64,000 nt of DNA from Candidatus Woesearchaeota archaeon. GTDB taxonomy: Archaea; Nanobdellota; Nanobdellia; Pacearchaeales; UBA284. Shown in pieces: positions 26,876 through 35,513 of the stretch; position 1 is the stretch's first letter; each line of letters opens with the position of its first letter. The DNA lies in NCBI GenBank assembly GCA_964599615.1, contig CAZRGF010000002.1, positions 15,696 to 79,695 on the forward strand, given 5' to 3'. The notes beneath the pieces were generated by a model. That model saw only the letters and a program-made list of their open reading frames with translations, did no database searches and was not told where the DNA came from. Position numbers and translations under genes: made by a program.

Positions 26876-27778
26876 TTAGGGTGCGCATTTTGTTTTATCT
26901 TTTAACATCTGGGCAAGCTTAATTGGTAATATCTTCTGTATCAAGTCCTTACTAGAATGCGGATAATGCAAATTTTTTAGATCGCGACAATTAACATAAC
27001 AATTTCTTCCTACCACTGAACTAAAAATTTCTTTTTCCAGAGGAGAAAACTCTCGTGGTTTACTGTTAAAAGGAGTATAAAACACATGTCTATCCCTAGT
27101 TTTTGAACCATCTGGTAGAGTTAACGTACCATCTGGATTTGAAGTGATAGTACCAGATAAACGATTATAGTAATCTAAAAAACAAGGAGGCAGACCACAA
27201 CAAATAGCACACTCTAAATTGCCCAATTCTGAATTATCTAACCCATTTTCCCTTGCAGAAAGAAGAAAATTCAAAGCAATATTTTGTTTCCGTTTTTCAT
27301 TTGGTTCAATACATACTGGATAAAGATTTGTTTTACCACCACTCAAAATTTTTTGATAGAGTTCAATTAAATCCCAACTAGGGTCTACCACTTTAAGACT
27401 AAATCGTTTTAAATCCTCTTGGTAAAGTCCATACCAACTTCTGAAAATATTGGGTGCTTTTCCTTTTTCTAATCTGCTATGCCAATTCTGCTCAAAATCC
27501 TTAAAATTATCAATTTCATCCTGTACGTGGGGTTTTGCTAGGGAATACACTGTTTTTGATTCGTATGTTACATGACTAGGTACTTTTCTTGTAACAAAGG
27601 TTGCTTCATAAAAATGATTATCTTTTGGTCGATACAGTAGATATTTGATGCTAAGAGCTTCATCCAACTTGGTTTCTCCTATAACAATAACTGGATCACT
27701 GAATTCAGATCTTACTTTCATAGGGTATTTCTCTAATGTTCTAAGCACGATGTTTTTGATTTGTTCTTTTGTTGCCAT
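26876..27778 (-). CDS. hypothetical protein
   Basis: Long ORF, no motif. ATG at 27778 (GGAGAAAAAATG) preferred over the track start at 27817. Confidence 0.5.
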   Translation of the reverse strand: MATKEQIKNIVLRTLEKYPMKVRSEFSDPVIVIGETKLDEALSIKYLLYRPKDNHFYEATFVTRKVPSHVTYESKTVYSLAKPHVQDEIDNFKDFEQNWHSRLEKGKAPNIFRSWYGLYQEDLKRFSLKVVDPSWDLIELYQKILSGGKTNLYPVCIEPNEKRKQNIALNFLLSARENGLDNSELGNLECAICCGLPPCFLDYYNRLSGTITSNPDGTLTLPDGSKTRDRHVFYTPFNSKPREFSPLEKEIFSSVVGRNCYVNCRDLKNLHYPHSSKDLIQKILPIKLAQMLKDKTKCAP

Positions 27779-27899
27779 TTTTTCTCCAATAATTTCATCA
27801 TTACATAATAACAACATAAAAACACATATTTATATTTAAGTGGTTGGTAAATTCCCACAAAATAGAAAGATTTAAAAGAACTAAACACTTGCAAGGTTT

Positions 27900-28613
27900 A
27901 TGGACACAAAATTCCTTGAGGATCTTGGGTTAAGCAATACAGAAGCAAAGGTTTATCTTGCATTACTTGAACTTGGCTCGGTTACAGCAAACAAGATAGC
28001 TGAAAAATCAGGAATTCATAGAAGAACTGTCTACGATGTCCTTGAGATTCTGATTGAGAAAGGAATAGTTTCATTTTTTATTGAAGCAAATAAAAAATAC
28101 TACCAGACTGAAAATCCTTCAAGATTTCTAGAACTTATTGAAGAAAGAAAAAAAGAATTTCAGAATATCTTACCGGTTTTATTGAAAAAAAGAGAATCTA
28201 GCAACAATATTTCTGAAATTTCTGTTTATAGGGGTAAGAAAGGCTTGATAAACATCTATGAAATGATGTTAAAGTCTAAAATAATCTATTCTTTTGGCTC
28301 AAGTGGAAAATTTAAAGAAACTTTAGGGGAAATCTACCATGACAGATGGATTGAACGATTGAGAAATAATAGATGCTGTTTCAGGTCTATACAAAGCATT
28401 TCAATCAAGGAGAAGGAAAAATACCCCAAAGAAGTGGTTATAAGGTACTTAGATGAAAAATTCATCTCACCCTCTTCAACAACAATCTGGGGGGATTATG
28501 TTTTTATTCAGATATTTTCAGAACAACCTTCTGGTGTTTTGATTAAAAGCAAGGAAGTCGCAGAATCTTACTTAAGATACTTTGAATTACTTTGGAAACA
28601 AGCAAAACCCTAA
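27900..28613 (+). CDS. trmB: TrmB family transcriptional regulator
   Basis: LGLSNTEAKVYLALLELGSVTANKIAEKSGIHRRTVYDVLEILIEKGIV is the TrmB N-terminal wHTH. Confidence 0.8.
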   Translation: MDTKFLEDLGLSNTEAKVYLALLELGSVTANKIAEKSGIHRRTVYDVLEILIEKGIVSFFIEANKKYYQTENPSRFLELIEERKKEFQNILPVLLKKRESSNNISEISVYRGKKGLINIYEMMLKSKIIYSFGSSGKFKETLGEIYHDRWIERLRNNRCCFRSIQSISIKEKEKYPKEVVIRYLDEKFISPSSTTIWGDYVFIQIFSEQPSGVLIKSKEVAESYLRYFELLWKQAKP

Positions 28614-28666
28614 ATCAACAGAAAAATATAAATATAATCTCGTCTTAAAATCATTGTAAAACAATA

Positions 28667-28740
28667 ATCAAGATAAACTTAACAAAAAAAGTTTCACAAT
28701 CTTGGACAAAAACTATTACATCTGTCCCCCGCATGATTTT
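28667..28740 (+). repeat. 74-bp repeat R2 ending in the tRNA-Leu 3' fragment (attR-like)
   Basis: Same sequence as R1 apart from 2 mismatches (CACAAT versus CATCAT). Contains CTGTCCCCCGCAT at 28722-28734. Confidence 0.8.
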
Positions 28741-28776
28741 CTTAGAAAGTTTTAAAAATAATCTTTTATAGGGATT

Positions 28777-29220
28777 ATGTTAAAAATGAAAGATATTTTA
28801 GATGGAGAGATAAGCAGATGTTGTTGGGCTAAAATGGAGGTCTCGCATAAAACTGTTCTTTCTCTAGATAACCCTTCTTTGGATAATCATGATTTATACA
28901 CCCTAGTTTATACTTGTAAGGAATGTCATGAACATACAATGCCTTTTCCGAAGGGTTCAAGAGAGTATTCTATGACCGCAGATGTATGTGCTTGGGCAAG
29001 AATGCTTCGTTCATATCAAGATGATAAAGGTACAACAAAAATTTGTGGCACTTGCGTAATGGGGAAAGCAGATTATTTCATGGATGTTGTTTCAAGTAAA
29101 TGTTCGACTACTTATGCTCAGCACCAATTGCCCCAAATGTCTTCTAACTTTCCTGAAAAAGGAAAACAAGAAAGGATTGGTAAGGGTAAAAAATCTAACT
29201 TTGCTAGAAAACATGCTTGA
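28777..29220 (+). CDS. hypothetical Cys-rich protein
   Basis: 147 aa with CC..CKEC..CGTC cysteine pairs. No family recognised. Confidence 0.45.
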   Translation: MLKMKDILDGEISRCCWAKMEVSHKTVLSLDNPSLDNHDLYTLVYTCKECHEHTMPFPKGSREYSMTADVCAWARMLRSYQDDKGTTKICGTCVMGKADYFMDVVSSKCSTTYAQHQLPQMSSNFPEKGKQERIGKGKKSNFARKHA

Positions 29221-29281
29221 GACTAATTCTTATTTTTCTTAAAAACATTAAATTTAAAAGTTCTCAATTCTCTTTTATTTT

Positions 29282-29544
29282 GGCAGTTCGAGCTTGCGTG
29301 CTAGTCCCACGCTAATCGCAAATGGACTTTATGGCGGGCTTCACAGGATGTGTGATTAAGAAGATTAAAAGTCCTGTTTCAAACGTTGACGTCTTGTCCT
29401 GTTTGGTTCTGCTTTAGCTAATCGGGTCAGTCTCGGAAGAGGGCAGCCCTAACCTATTGCGTGAACGCTTTCAGGGTAACAGGGCCGAGAATGATTCAGG
29501 ATTAACTTTTAGTTTTCTTCTGAGCTATTCCTGGGAACTGCCGC
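29282..29544 (+). ncRNA. ffs: signal recognition particle (7S/SRP) RNA
   Basis: Locally GC-richer and non-coding. 5' GGCAGTTC pairs with 3' GAACTGCC. GGGTCAGTCTCGGAAGAGGGCAGCCC matches the conserved helix 8 motif (GGUCAG..GGAAG..GCAGCC). A long helix-5-like pairing joins GAAGATTAAAAGTCCTG and CAGGATTAACTTTTAGTTTTCTTC. A T-run follows. Confidence 0.8.
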
Positions 29545-29602
29545 TTTTTATTGTTGTTCTCCATAATAATAATCTTTAAATATCTGAGGGGTATATAAAA
29601 AT

Positions 29603-30049
29603 ATGACAAGTGAAAAACTATCTGTTTCTAACTCTTATCACGATGAACTTGAAAGAGTATTGTATTCGGGAAACAAAGGATTAACTCCTCCTGGTACAGT
29701 CAATGCAGTAAATTTTAGCCTTATTAGGTTGGTTAGAGAGCGGGGGAAGCTCACTAGTCTGGTTTTTTCCATGGATGACCAAGACTATTTGACCATCTCT
29801 TTTATGAAAGGTAATAGGGAGGAATCATCAAGGAAACTTCGTAAAGGATTATCAAGAGATGTTATGTCCAGAGTCCTTTATATGGGCAGAATGGTTTTGG
29901 CTCCTGAATACAAAATAGTAGAACCAGAAGGTGAATTTTCTGCAAATGTTGATGGAGCAAAATACAGATTTTTTGTTAAAACAAATGCATTAAATGACCC
30001 TTTGAAGGTAAAAAAATTAAGCATTGTTCGAGACGAATATGATATTTAA
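29603..30049 (+). CDS. hypothetical protein
   Basis: 148-aa ORF, no motif. Confidence 0.5.
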   Translation: MTSEKLSVSNSYHDELERVLYSGNKGLTPPGTVNAVNFSLIRLVRERGKLTSLVFSMDDQDYLTISFMKGNREESSRKLRKGLSRDVMSRVLYMGRMVLAPEYKIVEPEGEFSANVDGAKYRFFVKTNALNDPLKVKKLSIVRDEYDI

Positions 30050-30218
30050 TGTTCCATAGCTTTTTATCTTTTTAACAGTGTATTATGATCATAGGCATTT
30101 ATGATGATTTGTTCGGGGTTGAACTTATTTTGAAATTAAAAAATAAAGAGAAAATTGGGAAAAAATAACTGTTTTCTAAAGATTTAAAAGATAAATAAGG
30201 CTTATCTTCTAATAAAAA

Positions 30219-30698
30219 ATGGCATGGTGGAACATATTGCTTGCAATTGTTTTGAGTTTTCTTCCTATCATTGAACTTAGGGGTGGGATTCCCATGGCTA
30301 TTCTTTCTGGAATTGATCCTTTGATTGCTTTTATATTGTGTGTTTTTGTCAATATTTTGATAACACCATTTGCTTTTTTCTTTCTTGATAAGATTCATGG
30401 CTGGCTTTTATCTTATACTTGGTACAAGAAATCAATAAATAAGATATTTGAAAAAACTAAAAAAAGAAGCGAAAAAGTCAAGAAGAGTATGGATAATTGG
30501 GGCATGTTCGCATTAGTTTTATTTGTATCAATTCCATTACCTGGAACCGGTGCTTGGACTGGTACTTTGATTGCGTGGATTTTGAAACTCAATAGAAAAA
30601 AAGCATTTTTAGCTATAAGTTTAGGGGTCATCATAGCAGGAATAATCGTTACATTAGCTGTAACTGGCTTGGTTGCTTTATTCAAGGTGTTTATTTAG
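30219..30698 (+). CDS. small polytopic membrane protein (small multidrug-export-like family)
   Basis: LPIIELRGGIPMAI near the N-terminus and four hydrophobic helices, as in the COG2426/Sm_multidrug_ex-type family (from memory). Confidence 0.55.
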   Translation: MAWWNILLAIVLSFLPIIELRGGIPMAILSGIDPLIAFILCVFVNILITPFAFFFLDKIHGWLLSYTWYKKSINKIFEKTKKRSEKVKKSMDNWGMFALVLFVSIPLPGTGAWTGTLIAWILKLNRKKAFLAISLGVIIAGIIVTLAVTGLVALFKVFI

Positions 30699-30748
30699 AA
30701 AAAATTATTAAAGGCAAGTTTCTTAATGTTTAAGTAAAAAGAGGAAAA

Positions 30749-31210
30749 ATGATTAAGAATAAGAGGGGCCAGTTTTTTGTCATATTCGCAGTTCTTTTAG
30801 GAGTTATTATCTTAGTTGGAGCGACTCAGATAAATAAAATCAGTTCTAAAAGTGATTTTAATGGTTTTAGATTAAGATGCGAAAATTATAAAAATGAGAT
30901 TTTTGAGATAAGCAAATATGCTGTTATCCATGATAAAAGTCAGGAATTCACACTTTTAGACCAGTTTTCTAAGAATTTTTTTAGTTATACTAATCAGAGC
31001 TACAAAACAGAGATGTTCTATTTGTATGGAAATTCAACTAGCTTTATTTTTACTAATGCCAGTGATGGAAATCAAGAGTCTTATCTTGATACAACTGACA
31101 TTACAATCCCTTACGGGAAGATAAGCAGGACATATAATTTTAATAAGGATAATAGATTCTATTTTTTGATTAAAATTGAAAAAGGGGGAGATATTTATGT
31201 CTGTGAATGA
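30749..31210 (+). CDS. pilin-like protein with class III signal peptide
   Basis: MIKNKRGQFFVIFAVLLGVIILVG: basic leader, Gly, then a hydrophobic helix. Confidence 0.5.
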   Translation: MIKNKRGQFFVIFAVLLGVIILVGATQINKISSKSDFNGFRLRCENYKNEIFEISKYAVIHDKSQEFTLLDQFSKNFFSYTNQSYKTEMFYLYGNSTSFIFTNASDGNQESYLDTTDITIPYGKISRTYNFNKDNRFYFLIKIEKGGDIYVCE

Positions 31211-31291
31211 GTCAAACGTCTGTAAGTGTATGGTTGGTGATTGTTTTCAGCTTACTAAACTAATGAAAAATGGGAGCATATAAAATTAAAG

Positions 31292-31810
31292 ATGCTACGC
31301 AATAAGAAAGGTATTTCAGAACTCATCTCCTATGTATTATTAATTGTAATGGGAATTGGAATTGCTGCCGGATTTTTTGTTTGGGTGAGATATGCTGCAG
31401 TTCCTCCACAAACTTCAGATTGTGATGATGTTGATCTGGATGTTTTCAATAATTGTACTTGTACGCTAAACCCAAACGGCGGTATAAATGGGGGAAGTTT
31501 AGAGTTCTGGATAAAAAATAGGGGAAATTTTAATGTCTATGGCTTAAGAATTATGGTATCTAATGATTCTATTTCTGGAAAAACCTCTGATATTTATATA
31601 AGGGGAAGTTCTAAGAATACGTACAAAGAGACTATTAATACTGGAGAGATAAAGATGATTTCTGGTAGTTATTATGATGCTGATGTTGTCAGAGCAATCA
31701 AGATAACACCATTCAGGATGATTGACGGAAATTTAACTGCTTGTACTCAAAAGAACTTTCCCATAGAATGTTGCTTGAACCAAGGTTCTGTCCCTCCTGG
31801 GGAACTTTAA
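31292..31810 (+). CDS. archaeal type IV pilin-like protein
   Basis: MLRNKKGISELISYVLLIVMGIGIAAGFFVW class III signal peptide. Confidence 0.7.
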   Translation: MLRNKKGISELISYVLLIVMGIGIAAGFFVWVRYAAVPPQTSDCDDVDLDVFNNCTCTLNPNGGINGGSLEFWIKNRGNFNVYGLRIMVSNDSISGKTSDIYIRGSSKNTYKETINTGEIKMISGSYYDADVVRAIKITPFRMIDGNLTACTQKNFPIECCLNQGSVPPGEL

Positions 31811-31820
31811 ATTAAAGAAA

Positions 31821-32405
31821 TTAACAAACTTCAACTGGCTTTGTTCGGAAAGCGTTTTCTAAAGCTCTTGAAAAGTTCCTTCCTTTTCCAGTTTTTACCA
31901 TATGATAAAACCAAGCATCTTTATCAAGACACATTGTGGAAAGACAAGGTTCACCATTTGGGAATTCTGATGGTTCTGTATCGTACCAATGGCCTCTGCT
32001 CATCCATAAAACGGGTTTACCTGTTCTTTTTATATAGTTTACAACTCTTTTTGGAACTTCAGTATTTTCAGAGAGTGCTTTTAATTCAACAAAAACTTGT
32101 TTACCTTCAAAATATGCATCAATTGTCCTTCCTCTTAATATCCATAAATCTAGTGGACTTGTAAAAGATTGTGATCCTGTTAGATAATGCAACTTAGTCT
32201 TTCCATATACTTCGTTGTATGGTCTTCCACCTGCTAAAAAATCTTCATTTGCATGAAGCAAGGCATCATCAACCCTTGGGTGTTCACCATATCCTCTTAA
32301 TTTGTCTTGTTCTTGGATACTGATAACCCTAAGGCCTCCTCCAGAACGAAACCCATGCAATCTACCTCCTGCCCTTAATGCTGTTTCAATCCCTGTTAGT
32401 TTCAT
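31821..32405 (-). CDS. hypothetical protein (opposite strand inside the pilin cluster)
   Basis: 194-aa ORF, Gly/Arg/His/Trp-rich unlike its neighbours. No motif. Confidence 0.5.
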   Translation of the reverse strand: MKLTGIETALRAGGRLHGFRSGGGLRVISIQEQDKLRGYGEHPRVDDALLHANEDFLAGGRPYNEVYGKTKLHYLTGSQSFTSPLDLWILRGRTIDAYFEGKQVFVELKALSENTEVPKRVVNYIKRTGKPVLWMSRGHWYDTEPSEFPNGEPCLSTMCLDKDAWFYHMVKTGKGRNFSRALENAFRTKPVEVC

Positions 32406-32513
32406 TTTGTTTATAGAAAAAACTTATTTATAAATCTTTTGTTTAATACTACTTTATAGTTAATACTTCTGAGTTTAGTAAAGATTTTTAAACTTTGTAT
32501 TCATCTCAGAAAC

Positions 32514-32951
32514 ATGGAAAGCAAAAGAGGAATTTCTGCTGTAATTGCGACTGTTTTGTTAATTGTGATTGCAATCGCTCTTTTTGTCATAATCTACTTT
32601 TGGATAAATTCTATGCAACAAGAGACAATCTTAAAGTTCAACTCAGATATAAAACAATCTTGTTTAAATATTGATTTTAATGTAATCTGCAGTTCAGGAA
32701 GTGTGCAACTGCAGAATAATGCTAATGTTCCTCTTTGGAGAGCGGATATTTTTATTATTTCAGAAGGAAGTTCAAGAAAATTCCCTAATGGTCTCCAAGG
32801 ACCTATTGGTTCAGGAGAATCTGCGAGTATGGACGGCATAACAGGCACTAAAGTAAAAGTTGTCCCTGTATTACTTGGAATATCGAAAAAAACAGGAACT
32901 GAAAAAGAATATGTCTGTAGCGACAAAGCAAGGACAGTTAATTGTCAGTAA
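32514..32951 (+). CDS. archaeal type IV pilin-like protein
   Basis: MESKRGISAVIATVLLIVIAIALFVIIYFW class III signal peptide. Confidence 0.75.
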   Translation: MESKRGISAVIATVLLIVIAIALFVIIYFWINSMQQETILKFNSDIKQSCLNIDFNVICSSGSVQLQNNANVPLWRADIFIISEGSSRKFPNGLQGPIGSGESASMDGITGTKVKVVPVLLGISKKTGTEKEYVCSDKARTVNCQ

Positions 32952-33002
32952 AGTATAAAAACTCAAAATAACTTTAAATTAAAAGAAAGAAGAGGTAAAA
33001 AA

Positions 33003-33449
33003 ATGAACTTTAAGAGCAAGAAAGGTATTGAACCAGTTATTGCTACTGTTCTTCTAATTGTAATAACAATTGCAGTAATAGGGATTGTTGCTGCTTTTTT
33101 ATACCCTTACATCAGGGGTATGTTAGATAAAGAAACAGCTTGCAGAGATGTTAAAGTAGAAATTGATGCTAGCGGAACATTCACAAATGGTACTGCAAGT
33201 TATATTATGGTTAGTTATGGTTCTGGAAGCATAAATCAAACAAGAGTTGTTGTTCAAGCAAGCAGTCAAGGTTCTACAAAAAGTAGCGCTGATCCTCTAA
33301 ATACACTAAATATCAATGAAGCGTATACATTTACAGTAAGTGTTCCCAATGCAATTAAAGTTGGAGCAATTCCTTATGTTATGTATAATGGAAAAGAATA
33401 CATGTGTGAGAATGGAAAAGCTGAATTAACTAATATTCCCTCTCGTTAG
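33003..33449 (+). CDS. archaeal type IV pilin-like protein
   Basis: MNFKSKKGIEPVIATVLLIVITIAVIGIVAAF class III signal peptide. GAGGT 8 nt upstream of the ATG. Confidence 0.75.
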   Translation: MNFKSKKGIEPVIATVLLIVITIAVIGIVAAFLYPYIRGMLDKETACRDVKVEIDASGTFTNGTASYIMVSYGSGSINQTRVVVQASSQGSTKSSADPLNTLNINEAYTFTVSVPNAIKVGAIPYVMYNGKEYMCENGKAELTNIPSR

Positions 33450-33453
33450 AAAA

Positions 33454-33975
33454 ATGTCAAAAAAAGGAGCTATCTGGATTTCTGCTGTTCTTTATATTCT
33501 AATTAGTTTAGCTGTACTGTCACTAGTTCTTGTGAGTGTACAGCCAATTATCAACAAAAATAGAGACAAAACAATTTTTTCCCAAAGTGAACAAATCTTA
33601 AGGAATATAGATAATACTATGGGAAGAGCTTCTGAAAACCAAGGAAACAGGTTTTCTAGTGATGTCAAGATAAGCAGAGGAAATCTGATTATTAATCCTT
33701 CTATGGATAGAATCGAATTTCAACTAAATGATTCTGCTTATCAATACAGTGAGGAAAATCAATCAATTAAACAAGGCAAAATCAATATACTCACTAAAAA
33801 GAACGGGGATAAATGGCAAGTTTCTATGTACTTAGATTATGCAGGGGTTTATAATCTAACTTTTGATAGACAAGACTTAAGAAACCGAGTCTTAGTTGAG
33901 TCTGGCCAAGATTATAGTTTGAGTTTTGAAAACACTGATTCTCAAAATAAGGTAATTGATATTACCTTGGGTTAA
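33454..33975 (+). CDS. pilin-like protein with class III signal peptide
   Basis: MSKKGAIWISAVLYILISLAVLSLVLVSV. Starts 4 nt after the previous pilin gene. Confidence 0.6.
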   Translation: MSKKGAIWISAVLYILISLAVLSLVLVSVQPIINKNRDKTIFSQSEQILRNIDNTMGRASENQGNRFSSDVKISRGNLIINPSMDRIEFQLNDSAYQYSEENQSIKQGKINILTKKNGDKWQVSMYLDYAGVYNLTFDRQDLRNRVLVESGQDYSLSFENTDSQNKVIDITLG

Positions 33976-34011
33976 GTTTTTTGGGTTCTTTTTTATTATA
34001 CTTTTTTTAGT

Positions 34012-34470
34012 TTAACCTTTTTTCATCAAGAAATAATGGGTTGTGTCTGCTCTTGGATCATAAATTGCGTGAAGTTCTATTGGCGTTGAACCTATGCTGC
34101 AATAAAATTCATCTCCATCTTTTTCTTCTCTGATTTCACGTCTATTTACTTTATTTATTCCAAGTGCTTTTGTATGTTTCAATGGAAATTGAAAAACCTT
34201 TCCCCCACCACTTAAACCATTTGTTTGATCCCAAAAATCAACGAATGGAAGAGTTATATCAGCCCAGCCATACTTTTTGGTACCATCAACCTTTGGATCA
34301 ACTTTCACTTCAGCATATCCATCTCTAAGAATCTGCACTACCTGCGTTCTTCTTTGATGCGAATCATTGCTTACTAAGTTATTTCCTAATTCTACTTCAT
34401 ACGGAAGACCTAATTTGTTAACTTGTGCTAATCTTGCTAAAAGATCTTGTTTTCTGTTTATTTTTGCCAT
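34012..34470 (-). CDS. hypothetical protein, tandem paralog family 2
   Basis: INRKQDLLARLAQVNKLGLPY N-terminus and IELHAIYDPRADTTHYFLMKK C-terminus are shared with the two upstream genes. Confidence 0.6.
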   Translation of the reverse strand: MAKINRKQDLLARLAQVNKLGLPYEVELGNNLVSNDSHQRRTQVVQILRDGYAEVKVDPKVDGTKKYGWADITLPFVDFWDQTNGLSGGGKVFQFPLKHTKALGINKVNRREIREEKDGDEFYCSIGSTPIELHAIYDPRADTTHYFLMKKG

Positions 34471-34491
34471 TTTAGTCTATAGACAAACCCC

Positions 34492-34938
34492 TTATCTTCG
34501 AGGCTTCTTTTTATCTTTAGTTTTTTCTTCTTTCATCAAGAAGAAGTGAGTTTGATCTGTGGTTTTATCATAAATTGCATGGATGTCTAAGGGAGAATAA
34601 CCGTCACAATAAACATAACCAGTATATTCACTTCCATGCCATACTTTTTCTACTCCTGGGAGATTAAATACATCAGCATATTTTTCTTCAAATTCATAGC
34701 AAAGGGGACCTCCATGTGATCCTCTATAAAAATCATTACCCCAACCAGTAAATGGATAATCTTCACTCATTCCCGCAAGAACTTCTATTTTTCCGTCTTT
34801 TAGAATTTGATAAGGTTCCATAGAACCTTTTTTTGCAAGAATGTTCCCCGAATTTACCCTGTATGGGACTCCCAATTTTTTCACTTGAGCAATCCTTGCT
34901 AAAAGATCTTGTCTTCGATTTATTTTTGTTCCTTCCAT
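34492..34938 (-). CDS. hypothetical protein, tandem paralog family 2
   Basis: MEGTKINRRQDLLARIAQVKKLGVPY .. LDIHAIYDKTTDQTHFFLM. Confidence 0.6.
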   Translation of the reverse strand: MEGTKINRRQDLLARIAQVKKLGVPYRVNSGNILAKKGSMEPYQILKDGKIEVLAGMSEDYPFTGWGNDFYRGSHGGPLCYEFEEKYADVFNLPGVEKVWHGSEYTGYVYCDGYSPLDIHAIYDKTTDQTHFFLMKEEKTKDKKKPRR

Positions 34939-34965
34939 TTTAATTATTATTAATTTAAAATTAAT

Positions 34966-35391
34966 CTACTTCTTTGTTTTCTTTTGTCTTGGCATTAGGA
35001 AGTAGTGTGTTTGATCTGTATCTTTGTCATAAATTGCATGAATTTCTATTGGTGAATTTAATGAACATGCAACAATACCAACTACTCGCCTGTTAGCCCC
35101 ATCATATACTTTTTCAAAGTCTGTTATTCCCAAAATCCCTAGATACTTTTCTGAAAATTTGTATCCACCTATTGTATCTGGATAATCCTTATGCATCTCA
35201 ATAAAAGGATAATTTTTACTCACACCTGCAAGAACTTCTATTTTTCCATCTTTTAGAATTTGAAGGGGTTCTTTAGCACCTTCACCTTTTAGACCATTTC
35301 CCGATTCTGTTTTATACGGAAGACCTAATTTGTTAACTTGTGCTAATCTTGCTAAAAGATCTTGTCTTCGATTTATTTTTGTTCCTTCCAT
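34966..35391 (-). CDS. hypothetical protein, tandem paralog family 2
   Basis: MEGTKINRRQDLLARLAQVNKLGLPY .. IEIHAIYDKDTDQTHYFLM. TTTATAAA 27 nt upstream. Confidence 0.6.
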   Translation of the reverse strand: MEGTKINRRQDLLARLAQVNKLGLPYKTESGNGLKGEGAKEPLQILKDGKIEVLAGVSKNYPFIEMHKDYPDTIGGYKFSEKYLGILGITDFEKVYDGANRRVVGIVACSLNSPIEIHAIYDKDTDQTHYFLMPRQKKTKK

Positions 35392-35418
35392 TTTAACACA
35401 TAAAACATAAGTTTATAG

Positions 35419-35426
35419 TTTATAAA
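35419..35426 (-). promoter_or_regulatory. TATA-box-like element TTTATAAA
   Basis: 27 nt upstream of the ATG at 35391. Confidence 0.45.
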
Positions 35427-35513
35427 TCTTATTATTTTAGTAATTTTTAAGTAGTTAACTTATCTAAAATCAAATTAAGTAATCTTTAAATAATACTCTA
35501 AGCTATTTTAATT

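Larger units (their letters stand above)
25129..28734 (+). mobile_element. putative integrated element 2 (integrase-less, Fic/TrmB cargo)
   Basis: Bounded by the att-like 13-mers at 25129-25141 and 28722-28734. Ends with the same 74-bp sequence as element 1. Confidence 0.45.

Noticed and set aside
30099-30180. ATGATGA (C-box-like) upstream of the membrane-protein gene
   Set aside because: No CTGA D box at a suitable distance and no terminal stem.
34012-35391. The idea that the three family-2 genes are one long gene broken by stops, since all three are in the same frame
   Set aside because: Each copy restarts with its own full-length conserved N-terminus (M..KINR.QDLLAR..) after a short spacer, so they are complete tandem duplicates rather than fragments.
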